NCBI RefSeq assembly: GCF_006345805.1
Contig: NC_042998.1
Coordinates: 74,028,001 to 74,092,000 of the forward strand
DNA: 64,000 nucleotides
Reading direction: 5' to 3'
Source: Octopus sinensis
Taxonomy: Eukaryota
The translations under genes and the position numbers were made by a program. Below are positions 39,501 through 51,545 of this stretch, one piece after another. Numbering within the stretch: position 1 is the stretch's first letter; each line of letters starts with the position of its first letter. The notes beneath the pieces were generated by a model that worked only from the letters and a program-made list of their open reading frames with translations, was not told the origin of the DNA and searched no databases.

Positions 39501-40201
39501 TTTATGCTGTTTATAAATGGTGTTGTTTCGTCTATTTTGATTTTTGGGAGGTATGGTCGGTGGTCCATTTTGAGCTCTGTGGTTTTCAGTTCTTTGATTA
39601 TTCTACTGTTTATATTATCATAATCATTAGGCTCCCCTTCGTTGTTTCCAGGTTTTAGATTTGTGTCGCTTTCGTTCTCATTTGTATGTTTGTTTGTCGT
39701 GTTTTGGCTTGCTGTTTGTCGTGTATTATTATGCATCCTTACGGTCTGGGTTTGTTGTTTTTGTTTACATCGTGTTTGTTGGGAATGTTACGTTTGTCTT
39801 CGTGTTTTACTGTTTCAGTGTTTATATTGTTGGGCATTGTTGTGTGGCTTCTATCTACATTTTCCTGATGTATTTTTTCTTTTAGATGTTCTATTTCTAT
39901 TTCTGATATTTTTTTTTTGCGTTGAGAATGTATCTTCGTACGTTAGCTAGTTTATTAGGGTTCATTGCTGTATCCAAGTCTATATTTATGTTATTTTCCT
40001 TTCATATTTTATGTGTTGTTGTGTTTTCATTTTTGGGGTAGAGCACTGTTGTGAAGTAAGCGTGTAGGATAGAAATGTATTCCTCACGTGTCCATTTATG
40101 TCTTTTGGGTTTTATTTGCGGGACATGAGGAACAACGTCCGGCCCATTATTCTGACGGTCGTCATTTTCGTAGGGTACCGGTCCGTTCATTTCTGTTGTC
40201 A

Positions 40202-40203
<2 letters not shown>
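36541..40203 (-). mobile_element. R4/Dong-type non-LTR retrotransposon, copy C (second subfamily, several frameshifts)
   Basis: KRHKWTREEY N-terminus, EQKGCRKGSYGCKDQL, AWIDYKKAFDS, YMDDLKLY, CRICGDGQEIINHIISGC, NRPDIVV; (TAA)n at both ends. Confidence 0.95.
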
Positions 40204-40267
<64 letters not shown>

Positions 40268-40329
40268 GTTGTTGTTGTTGTTGTTGTTGTTGTTATTATT
40301 ATTATTATTTTATTATTGTTGTTGTTGTT

Positions 40330-40612
40330 GTCAGCTGTCTCACTGATGAGAATATTTCTTTGAAAATCAAGGAGAAAGAGTATGACTATGGACAACTGAT
40401 TCGAAACCACCAGCTTCCATATCCAGATTATAAATTCACATTTATACTAATAATTATTGGTGAACTCGGTTTTCTGAGTAAATGTCTCATTGACAGACCA
40501 GATAAGCTTGAATTTTCAGGAAAAGAAATCAACCAACTGACCCGCACATTATAAATCCCATCTCTAAGTGGAACAGTAAAACTATGCAAGACTTTTCTCA
40601 AGTTAAAATGTG
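40330..40612 (+). mobile_element. RLE non-LTR C-terminal fragment, copy E (divergent subfamily)
   Basis: DENISLKIKEKEYDYGQL...IIIGELG...SLSGTVKLCKTFL. Confidence 0.7.
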
Positions 40613-40821
40613 ACTTTACTTTGTTATCTGCTTTTCAACGATGGAGTTTTGTATCATTTTTTAAAAACGAGCTCCTTCTTAAGCAGGAGAGAGAACACAT
40701 AGAAAGTTTCCTTCGAAGTTTGAAATTTTCGGGGTTTTGTAAAAATATATTAGCTGTTTATATATATATATACATGTGTGTGTGTGTGTGTGTGTATACA
40801 CATATTTATATTTCTCTGTAA

Positions 40822-41022
40822 AGGCTACCATTGGTGTCATGTTAAGAAAATTTCTTAATATCTTAATTTTTCAAGTCTTCCACATGCAGGAATGGTGTTC
40901 TCCATTTTGGATTAAAACATGTTTAATCTAAAATGGTGGTGAACATCTTTCCTCCATGTGATCGGCTTGAAAAATTGTTAAGATATCAAGATATTTTCTT
41001 AACATGAAACCAATCATAGCCT
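40822..41022. mobile_element. PIF/Harbinger-type MITE, palindromic over its whole length
   Basis: TAA at 40819-40821 and 41023-41025 flank AGGCTA...TAGCCT; about 95-bp imperfect arms centred on aaacatgttt. Confidence 0.7.
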
Positions 41023-42057
41023 TAATACTCAAATAAAGAATCATTATCAATCAATGTGGTGTTGAGCACTCATTTTCATTGTCGACCTTTACGTTAGTAA
41101 AAATATTAAAGTGAAGCAATGAAAGGATTATGTTCAGAGAAGAGTGGGGTGTAAAATGTGAAATTTAAACCGTTAAATCCTATATTAGATAAAAGTTTAA
41201 AGCCAAGGAAATTGGCTATGCTCTTAAAATTTAAAAGGATGAAGAATAATGTTCTGAAAATATATCAACTAGAGTAGAATGGGACGGAAAATGTTTAGGG
41301 GCCTATCTCAAATGGAATCAAGGGAATCCTCTCCCTGTATACAAGAACCATACAATCTCCTAGTAGATTGTGTGATCTTTGTATACGACGTGCAATGCTG
41401 CATGGTAGTGAAACATGAACACGGCATGCATTATTGTGCGATGGCTAGAAAGATCTTACTCCATTATCTGTATTTTGTTAATGTACTTGAACGACTTTGG
41501 ATTGAAAAGGGAAGTAACTTATGCAAACATATGAACCGTTAATACTCATAAAATTCGAATGGATGAATAATTCCGATAGTTTGCGGGGTAATGTTCGAAA
41601 CAAAAGCAAATTTTTGAATGTGTGGTGATAAATGGTTTAAATATAGTTGTAGGTGATAAAATAGAGTGATTTACACGAAACGGTAAATGGCCCTTTAGGT
41701 AGCATAAGAATATTATTATATTTGTTTAACCTACCGTAGCTAATGTGAAAGGAAAACAAATTAGGATAAAAGACCAAACTTTGTATTCGTTGAATTAGAA
41801 ATTGGAAAGCAAACTTTAGGTTTCGAAAGAATATTATTAAATTCAATTAATGTACATTGGTATGGTGTGAGAAAAGGCAAAATAAGAGGGATGGCCATAA
41901 AAGTAATCAATAAGGTAGAGATTATTAAAATTTAGTCGAAGTAATGAAAATTATATGAGATGGGGAATTTAATATAATAAAGAAACAAATTTGTCAACCT
42001 TTATATATATATAACTATATATATATATATGTGTGTGTGTGTTTGTGTGTGTGTAAT

Positions 42058-42090
<33 letters not shown>

Positions 42091-42319
42091 ACACGTATAA
42101 ACACACACATATGCATATGTGTGTGAGCGCGTGTGTGCATGTGTATGCATATATCTAATTTACTTCTAAAGTGTAGAGTTTTTAATTTAGTTTGTGCTTC
42201 GCCTTATTTTTCAAATAAGTACATACTAGCATCATCATCATCATCATCATCATCATCAATAAACAGCAGCAACAACAGCATCTGTTTTTCTTATTTTGCA
42301 TTATTAATTTGACAGATCT

Positions 42320-43170
42320 TATTTGTTGTGGTCGCTTGACATCTCTTTTACCAAATTCAGCATCCTGATATCAACTTCCATCTCTTCCTTAGTATTCTGC
42401 TTCTATTTATTATTTCCACTTGGATCACTTGCCACTCCTTTTCTTCTTCTTTTTTTTTTGCCCAACCATCATTTTCCATGCACATCACACACCATCTCAG
42501 TCTTCCCTCTTGCACACTTCATCTCACTCCACTTATATATATACCCAGTTTTTTTCCTTTCAATTCGTTCATGCTTTGTCATTCATTCACATTGACACTA
42601 CACATATGACAGTATGCTCTTTCAAGCTTTCACACATCAATGTATTCAATGTTTATGTTTCACTACCATGCAACATTTCACATACACAAGCATCATACAA
42701 TCTATTCTTCCCTCAAAGAAAGAATCCTTCTATTTCAAACAGAAGTAATAGCTCCCTAAACTTTTCCATCCTGTCCTTACTGCGGCTATGTTTTCAGAGT
42801 ATCCTTCTCCGACGCTAAGTCACCCTTTACATTAAAAGCTATCGTCTACTTCAAGAGAGCCTTTTAAGCTTTTCAATGATACTATTACACTTGTACGTCT
42901 ACTGCTACCTACCCATGTACATCTGCCATGTACGAATGATACTTTCCCTGTCACCTGCCTCTGATACAGCTACATCACTTGTGCACATATAGTTCGGATT
43001 GTGTATGCCGAACGGAATGTCTACCAATTGCATTTCTCAATACAGAACATGGATGCTTTCCTGGTAGCAGGAGGATTCTGTCTCCTTTCCTGTTGACTAA
43101 AATTTTTGTCTTCTCTAGTCCTTCCGTTTCTAGTATTTGCTTCTTCTAAGTTTGGAATTATTCCACTCAT
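42320..43170 (-). mobile_element. Degenerate RTE-clade LINE 3' fragment
   Basis: Across frameshifts: KTKILVN..., SLEVDDSF..., RTGWxKFRELL...LYDACV...MLHGSET, KLGI...EGRLRW. Confidence 0.7.
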
Positions 43171-43677
43171 TCTCCGACGTGAAGCCGGCGAATTGGTAGA
43201 GTCGTTAGAGTGATGGACAGAATACCCTACAGTATTTGTTCCAATTCTCTGCGCTCTAAGTTCAAATCCTGTCGAGGTGGACTTTGCCTTTCATCCTTCC
43301 AGGATCAATAGGAAGTATTAATCACTAATCTATGTTGATTAGCACTAGAGAAAAGTTTTGACTCTTCGACAGTTTGTCATTCCTATTTCTTGATGTAACT
43401 ATGGCAAGTGCATTTGGCAACTAATCTGGCAAGTGCATTTGGCTCATTGATAGTGATCAGGTGATTAGGTTTCTTGAAGTTAATTGAACATAACTTGATC
43501 ATCTGCACCGCACAATCTCGAGAGCTTTGAACAACCTACGCTCCAACATCTCTACAATCTTTCCAGACCTACCTTCCATTGTATTTATGTTGATAGTTGC
43601 ATTCCTGAGGTTCTATAGCTAAAACGAAAGGAAGTATGGTTTTCAATAGTTGATGTGTTGTTTGCAATCTATTTTCT

Positions 43678-44021
43678 GTTTACCAACCACATGGTTGCGG
43701 GTTCATTCCTACTGCATGGCACCGTGGGCAAGTGTCTTCTACTATAGCCTCGGGCCGACCAAGGCCTTGTGAGTGGATTTGGTAGACGGAAACTGAAAGA
43801 AGCATGTCGTATATATGTATATATATATGTGTGTGTGAGTATATGTTTGTGTCTGTGTTTGTCCCCCCAACATCGCTTGACAACCGATGCTGGTGTGTTT
43901 ATGACAGAATAAGTACTAGGCTTCCAAAGAATAAGTCCTGGGGTCGATTTGCTCGACTAAAGGCGGTGCTCCAGCATGGCCGCAGTCAAATGACTGAAAC
44001 AAGTAAAAGAGATAAAAGAGT
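43678..44021 (+). mobile_element. SINE family 1 (5' end and an internal segment deleted)
   Basis: Matches family 1 with an intact tail. Confidence 0.88.
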
Positions 44022-44455
44022 ATGATTTGGCCGTTCTTTTATCAACTTCTTTACAAAATGGGTACATTTTGTCATGCCAACAACCTCAATCAGAGAGAGA
44101 GAAAGAGAAAAAGAGAGAGAGAGAGAAATACTGTTTGTCACGACTAAAATGACCTCTCTACATTATATCAGCTTTATTCAGAGTTACTTCTCTCCTGAAC
44201 GGGTTCCCTTACTGTAGCTTGCGCTGTCCATGACATCTGCAGACATTTTCAGACTTTCTTTTCCCTTCATTAGGTTGCCTGTATTATGGTTGCGTCCCTC
44301 CATTAAGGTTCTTGTCACGAAGGTAGGAGAGGAGCTTACAGGCAAATTGGTGGGCTTGTTTGGCTAACTTAAGAGCCTCTTGAAAGCTTTCGACAGGCTG
44401 GTGTTTTGTTTGCAGTTTTCAAACACACAGAGACAAAGTAGAGAACTAACAGCTG

Positions 44456-44497
44456 ATTGGTAGAGTAATGGCGCCTTGTCATAGTTGCCATGACAAC
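44456..44497. promoter_or_regulatory. Candidate RFX X-box plus CCAAT box
   Basis: GTTGCCATGACAAC at 44484-44497 and ATTGG at 44456-44460 in a non-repetitive island; function not shown. Confidence 0.35.
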
Positions 44498-44589
44498 GAA
44501 TGAAGTAGGCGTAGTTCTTGAACAAACATATAGGTAACACTGCTCAAAAATACTAGATATAAGTACTAATACAGATAAAATACATATGT

Positions 44590-45600
44590 AAATACTAATA
44601 ATGGTTTCAAAGTTTGACTCAGCAAAGTCGATTTCGGAGAAGGAGCTTAAGTCGATTACATCGACCCCAGTACTCAACTCGTACTTATTTTATCGACCCC
44701 GAAACGATGATAGACAAAGTGGATCTGGGCAGATTTGACAAAGCAGCAAAGCATTTTGGTCGGAGTGTTAACGATTCAGCCAGTTCGCCGTCTTTTATAT
44801 AAATACTATAATAATTTCTGGCCTTGTGTTTTTCTACTAAAGCAAGGTTGGACCTCGGTGGAATTTGAAGTCAGAGAGTAGCGACAGGCGAAATACCGCT
44901 AAGCATTTTGCGCGGGGTGCTAACGATTCTGCCAGCTCGCCGCCATCGATATAAATACTAATAATAATCCTTTCTACTAAAGGCACAAGGCCTAAAATTT
45001 GTGGGGAGGGGATTAGTCTATTACATCGACCCAGTGATCCATTGGTACTTAATTTATCGACCTCGAAAGAATGAAAGGCAAAGTCAACCTCTGCGGAATT
45101 TGAACTCCGAAATAGATACCAACTATAATGACAAGGCATAGTAACATTAGGAACTGAAAAAGCAGAAAGTAAGTGATGACATAGGTATCTCAAACTGGCA
45201 GAATCGTTAGCGAGCCGGACCAAAATGCTTAGCGAGATTTCTTCCAGTATTTTACGCTTTCAGTTCAAATTCCGCCGAGGTAAACTCTGCCTTTCATTTT
45301 TTCGAAATCGATAAAAAAGAATTACCAAACAAGTACTGGAATCGATGTAATCGACTATCCACTACCTTCAAAATTGCTGGCCTTGAGCCAAAATTAGCAA
45401 GAATTATTATTAATAATTGTTTCAAATTTTGAGACGAGAGGAAAATGGGGTAAGTCGATTACATCGGCCCCAGTACTCGAATGGGTGTTTATTTTATCGA
45501 TCCCGAAAAGTTGAAAGGGAACGTTGATCGCAGCAAGAACTGAACTTAGAACAGGAAGAGCTAGTCGCATACCGCCAAGCATTCTTCTTCCTGTCAGTGA
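44590..45600. mobile_element. Cluster of five SINE family 2 copies in mixed orientation
   Basis: Approximately 44590-44795 (-), 44830-44945 (-), 44960-45112 (-), 45195-45405 (+), 45415-45600 (-). Confidence 0.8.
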
Positions 45601-46109
45601 AAATTTACGATTGACTGGTGGGGTTTGAAAGCAGTTGACCATACACGAAAACAAAAATTAATTCAATGTATACTTTTTGACTTCACGGTACACTAGAGAT
45701 CAAACAAAATACTTCCGGTACACTACGTACGGAAAGTAAAAGAAAAAAATTCTAATTTAATAATTTAGAAAACAAAAAAAAAAGAAAAGGAAACATTTGC
45801 TTACGTTGCTTTTTAATCACAGTTACGTATAACATAATTATGAATAACAAATTTTCGGGGTTTTCTTTTTTCTTTTTTCAAACATCAATATGAATTATGT
45901 AAAACTTTTAACTACATGATTAAGAATCCATAGCTACCCCAGATAACCTTTGCGAATCACCTTTTGAGAAGCACTGTGTGAGGCAAGCGATACGCACTCC
46001 ACTATGTTCCAGATGTATTTTCTTTCAATGTGGAGTCAAAGGAGAAATACTACGAAGTGCATTTATCAAAATAATAATAAAAAAAAAACATGAAGTTGAG
46101 GAAGTAACA

Positions 46110-46336
46110 ATAATAATCCTTTCTACTATAGGAACAAGGCCTGAAATTTTTTGGTTGGGGGCGAAGCTTGTCAATTACATAGACTCCAGTACTCAACTGG
46201 TACTTATTTTATCGACCCCGAACATTTGAAAGGCAAAGTCGACTTCGGCGGAATTTGAATTCAGAACGTAAGGACAAACAAAATACCGCTAAGCATTTAG
46301 CCCGGCGTGCTAACGATTCTGCCAGCTCGCCACCTT
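46110..46336 (-). mobile_element. SINE family 2, tail type B
   Basis: Full head and core with ggcctgaaa...ctatagtagaaaggattatt tail. Confidence 0.88.
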
Positions 46337-46344
46337 AGTATATA

Positions 46345-46426
<82 letters not shown>

Positions 46427-46427
<1 letters not shown>

Positions 46428-47795
46428 GACGAGTTAGATCAATACTAAAAACAGAGCTCAATGCTAAAAACAAGATAATAGGTATCAACACTTTAGCTGT
46501 CCCAGTTATAAGTTACAGCTACAATATCCTTAACTGGACACGAAATGAACTGTCCAAAATAGATAGGAAAACAAGAAAAATACTGACAGGATCTACGATG
46601 CATCACCCAAAATCTGACATAGAAAGACTATATATACAACGTATAGAAGGTGGTAGAGGCCTTATACAGCTGGAAAACTACTATAAAATAACCACCATAG
46701 GACTGCAAAAATACCTACTTCAGAAGGAAGGAAAACTGATCCAGATAGCAGCAAAACACGAGCAAAACAAAAAACTGTTCTCAGTATTTAAGGAAGCTGA
46801 CAAATACAAACAAGAAATCATACCACCTAATAAACACAAAGAAGAAGAAGATGATGATGAAGAAACAACAAAAGCTATAAAACAAATGAAATCCAAACTA
46901 AAACTAGAACAGCAACGAGCCATGATAAAACGATGGCAAGAAAAGCCCCTTCATGGTAAATACTGCACTAAACTAAACGCAAAAGAAATAGACAAAGAAA
47001 AATCCCAGCAATGGTTGAGAAGCTCAGGTTTCAAAGCAGAAACAGAGGGATTTTTAATTGCAGCACAAGACCAAAGCCTCCCCACCAGAAATTACCAAAA
47101 ACATGTAATGAAAAGAAATATTACAAGTAACTGCAGAATATGTGGAGATGGACAAGAAACAATAAATCATATTATCTCTAGCTGCCCAGTCCTGGCTAAG
47201 AAGGAATATATTCACAGACATGACAGAGTTGGAACCTACATACATTGGAAGCTATGCCAACATTATGGAATAACAACAGAAAAAAGATGGTATAGGCACA
47301 CACCAGAAAAGGTCACAGAAAACGAGAAAGCAACCATACTCTGGGATATGCCGATACACACAGATAGAGAAATTAAGGCCAACAGACCAGATATAGTTGT
47401 CAGAGATCATGAAGAAAAAAAATGCTTTCTAATTGATGTATCAATACCGGCAGATGACAACGTGTCTCTAAAAGAAATGGAGAAACTCTCAAAATATAAA
47501 GACCTGGAAATAGAGATAACTAGAATGTGGAACCTGAAAACAGAAACAATTCCTATCATAGTAGGTGCATTAGGCATGATAAAAAAATATTCAGACAAAT
47601 ACATAACAAAAACACCAGGACTTACAAACACATATAACATACAGAAAATTGCACTACTAGGCACTGCACACATCCTACGCAGAACACTTTCCATACAATA
47701 ACCATCAGAGCATCACAACAAATCACAGCACATACCCAAGGCACACAGAGCTGCGCTCGGTAGTGAAGTGAAAGCACGCTATAAAAATAAAACTA

Positions 47796-47800
<5 letters not shown>
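46427..47800 (+). mobile_element. R4/Dong-type copy D, 5'-truncated, same subfamily as C, with an open RLE-encoding frame
   Basis: ORF 46598-47701 (367 aa) carries CCHC and PD..D..K motifs; perfect (TAA)n directly up- and downstream. Confidence 0.95.
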
Positions 47801-47894
<94 letters not shown>

Positions 47895-47907
47895 AAGAAG
47901 AAGAAGA

Positions 47908-47944
<37 letters not shown>

Positions 47945-47950
<6 letters not shown>

Positions 47951-48310
47951 CTTTATTAACCACATGGGTTTATATTACGAAAACTATTATGGACAGTACA
48001 GGACAAAACAAAGAATGTGTGTGTGTGTGTGGGGGGGGGGGTTTATGCGTGTTGTGAGGGTTTTGCGTGAAAAAAGACTAACAAACTTTTTAAAAATCAA
48101 TTGTGTGTGATCCCCAATAGGGAGGAAACGTTCGAGGACTGCTCATGGAAAAACACCATAAAAAGATACCATCTCTATAGGGGTTGCCGCCCAAGGCTAA
48201 AGGGAGCCCCCTCACCCCATGACGCATACTTAATCCCGCCAGACGCCAGCCTGGTATTTTAAGGTCTCGAGTGGGCTTACAGATACTACACCTTGCCCAT
48301 TAGTTGCTAA
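47945..48310 (-). mobile_element. Putative LINE 3' UTR with AATAAA and (ATC)n tail
   Basis: Ends aacccatgtggttaataaagaaatcatcatc; no ORF seen and clade not established. Confidence 0.4.
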
Positions 48311-48329
48311 TTGATTCATCATGTCCGTT

Positions 48330-48672
48330 TGATTCCAGAATTGTAAAGAAAGGGGATGAAAATTTTTTTAATAAAAAATACAACCCCTCAAAATTGCAAG
48401 AATTTGTTGTATGAAAATTGTAAAGGTTGTGCTTGTAATAATTGGAGCATTGGAACTTTGAGCAAAGATATAGACAAATGGTTGATTGAGATTGAAACAG
48501 AATGTTCTGTAGAGCTTCTACAGAAAGTTTGCCTCTAAGGGCAGGAAAGATTATTAGGAGGGTCTTAAGCATTTAAAAGACTATTGAAAGCTTGTGGATA
48601 CCTAAGATTACAGGTACTATCTAGCTAACCACACAAATTCTACGAGGAATAAGAACGAACCTGAGTCAAGTC
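48330..48672 (+). mobile_element. RLE non-LTR C-terminal fragment, copy F, with (TAA)n tail
   Basis: KVVLVIIGAxGTLSKDIDKWL...ELLQKVCL*GAGKIIRRVL, then a 3' UTR and (TAA)n. Confidence 0.7.
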
Positions 48673-48711
48673 AATAATAATAATAATAATAATAATAATA
48701 TAATAATAATA

Positions 48712-48749
<38 letters not shown>

Positions 48750-48750
<1 letters not shown>

Positions 48751-49100
48751 CTTTTCTACTATAGGCACAAGGCCTGAAATTTTGGGGGAAGGGATTAAGT
48801 CGATTACATCGACCCCAGTACCCAACTGGTACTTAATTTATCGACCTCGAAAGGATTAATGGCAAAGTCGACCTCGGCGGAATTTGAACTCAGAGCGTAA
48901 CAACAGACGAAATACTGCTAAGCCTTTCACTCGCTGTGTTTGCATATTATGGCCGTTTGTCTTTACGTTCTGAGTTCAAATTCTGCCGAGATCGACTTTA
49001 CCTTTTGTCCTTTCGGGGTCGATAAATTAAGTACCCGTTGTCTACTGAGGTCGATCTAATCAACTGGCCCCCATCCTCACAAAAATTTCAGGCCTCGTTA
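48750..49100. mobile_element. Head-to-head inverted pair of SINE family 2
   Basis: Minus copy 48750-48925 and plus copy 48955-49100. Confidence 0.85.
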
Positions 49101-49282
49101 AGTATATTGTGACAGTTATAGAATATAGAAAGTAATGTAACACCAATGGCTATATAATCCAACCAAAATATCTCAGTTACACAAACCAAACGGAATTACT
49201 ATTTAACCTTAAAATACATCGTACATATTCAAAGAACCTTCTTGGTTTAGTGGTACGGAATGTTCTTCTAGTATTCTTGTAT

Positions 49283-49485
49283 TCTTTTACTTGTTTCAGT
49301 CATTTTGACGGTGACCATGCTGAAACACCACCCTTTAGTTGAAAAAATTTACTCCTGGACTTATTACCTGTAAGCCTGGTGCTTATTCTACCAGTCTCTT
49401 CTGCTGAACAGCTAAATTACAGGAACGCAAACGCACCAACATCGGTTGTCAAGCAATGGTGGTGATGGGACAGACATAAACACCT
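49283..49485 (-). mobile_element. SINE family 1, 3' half
   Basis: Reverse complement of the family 1 tail and body. Confidence 0.75.
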
Positions 49486-49542
49486 GCGTATGTACGTACA
49501 TACATACATACATACATACATACATACAATACGTATATATAA

Positions 49543-49666
<124 letters not shown>

Positions 49667-49849
49667 CGTGCTTGGAGGTAGCGGTGATGCTAGCTGGTGC
49701 GATTTTGTAGTTTGCTGGTATGCCGAGAGAGATCCAACGGGCCCCTAACTGGCTCCCTGATCTTAAAAGTGTAATGTGGATGTATAATGATGGATCGGCT
49801 GGTGTGGCGGTGATGTTAGCTGGTGCGGTGGTCTTCCTCACAGTACTTT

Positions 49850-50520
49850 GTGTGTATGTCGCACCATGTTTTTGGCCTTGTCTGTTATCCCAATTGAGTA
49901 TCATAACTCTTACTTTGATATTGTTCATAGCTCGTGCTCTTGAAAATGCGACATATAATTGGCCACGAGAAAATACCGGGTGAGGCAAATGTATTTCAAC
50001 TCTTTTCAAATGTTCGCTCTTGAGTCTTATTAATTGTCATTGAATATGCAAGTCGAAATGGAAACTGAAGTCTGTTTAGTGTGAATGGAATATTTGCATC
50101 ACTTGAGCTAAGTTTAATTCTGGAAATTAGAAATATACGACCTCTGTAGGAAACTGTTACCAATGATACCTCTACACAATGTTCATGAAGTCTTTGCACT
50201 TTCATGCAAGTTCCATTACATAATCCTTGACTGATCGAAAGATTTCTTAGTATTACAATAGCCCCTTCTTTTAAATCGAAGCGATGAGGAGGCATACCGG
50301 ATAGAGTGAGTTTATGAATTCAAATGAATAGTTCTGAACCTCCTCTTCATTATTGCAGAACACTGAATCTGTGCTTAAGTATGTTTTAAGTGCCTCTGGT
50401 ATAATATGAAGAACTTTTTAATTTATTGCAAGACAGTCAGAATTTTTAGGAGATAAAATAACTCGTTTTAGCATTTTTTTCTGGCATGCAGTTGTTGAAA
50501 ATTTTTGGTTATTGCTACTG
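49850..50520 (-). pseudogene. Helitron PIF1-like helicase C-terminal fragment
   Basis: ILSPKN...SGMPPHRFDLKEGAIVILRNL...GLCNGT...RLQFPFRLAYSMTINKTQ...VFSRGQLYVAFSR. Confidence 0.9.
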
Positions 50521-50734
50521 TTAATGCAGTTTTGCATGCTGATGTCGAAAATCGCATTCATTTTCTCTAGAATTTAATATTTAAAAAAGTTACAAGATTT
50601 TTAAATTATGCAACTTTCGTTAATCGGAAACTTCTATTGTGGACACACCGGAAGTTGCATTTGCCTGTATCCGCAAGAACAGCTTAAACAATTATTGCTG
50701 TTATTAAATGAAATTTATTTAATGAAATACAATT

Positions 50735-51262
50735 CAATTCAATTTCAATTCAATTTTTATTGGCTCAAAAAGCAAAAGCAAGGCCATGTAGGGGTACAAA
50801 GGGTTATGTACAGGGAGGGTGGTCATACAAAGAGTTCAGGCCATTTCTGGTCAAGAGAGACTTTGAACCGAGCGGTCGTCGGCATCTTCGCTATCTCGTT
50901 CGGCAGCTTATTCCACGGATCCGCAACCCGGACGGAGAAAGCCCCTCTCCTTTGATTGAGATGAAATCGTCGGAGTGACCCCGCAGCCCACGCTCTGGAG
51001 CAGGAGTGAAGAACAGCTCTTTCGAGAGGTTACACTTTCCGCTTATGATGTTGTGAGCGAGAATGAGATCACCACGGCGTCGTCGTTTTTCGAGAGAATT
51101 AAGGTCGAGCGTCTTCAACCTTTCTTCATAAGACAAATGCTTGAGACCAAGAACTATGTGGGTAGCCAGCTTCTGGACTCTTTCGAGATGATGTATGTCT
51201 TTGAGGAGATAAGGAGAAGAGGCTTGAATCCCGTACTCCAATATGGGTCTCACTAGACAAAT
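50735..51262 (-). mobile_element. CR1-clade LINE 3' fragment with (ATTGA)n tail
   Basis: RPILEYG...LERVQKLAT...SYEERLKTLDL...RRRRGDLI; shifted frame FSVRVADPWNKLP...FKVSLD; then aataaaaattgaattgaaattgaattg. Confidence 0.9.
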
Positions 51263-51339
51263 ACAATTAAAGTGTCATTCTAACTCAAACAGTTTTTGGG
51301 TTTAATAGGAAAAAAAGTAGTCAACAGCAATGAACTTGT

Positions 51340-51545
51340 ACTATGCTCAAGCAGTTTTTTGAACAGGTCACATTTTTTTGTACCTGTGGTGCCATATGAA
51401 TTCGCAGAGGTACAAGTCTATGATGAGTGCCTCAGCGCCGTTTGTTTCCTCACTTGAGGCAAATTGAGCGTAGGTACCGTCTTGCGCGTCAACAAACTCA
51501 ACGCTGTGGTTCAGTAGAATCGTTTACTTAATGCACTCTCCTATT
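51340..51545 (-). pseudogene. Second Merlin transposase C-terminal remnant
   Basis: LLNHSVEFVDAQDGTYAQ...DLYLCEFIWHHRYKKCDLFKKLLEH. Confidence 0.65.

Noticed and set aside
40337-40375. CTGATGA...GAAA as a hammerhead
   Set aside because: No stem III or UH site; it lies in RLE coding sequence.
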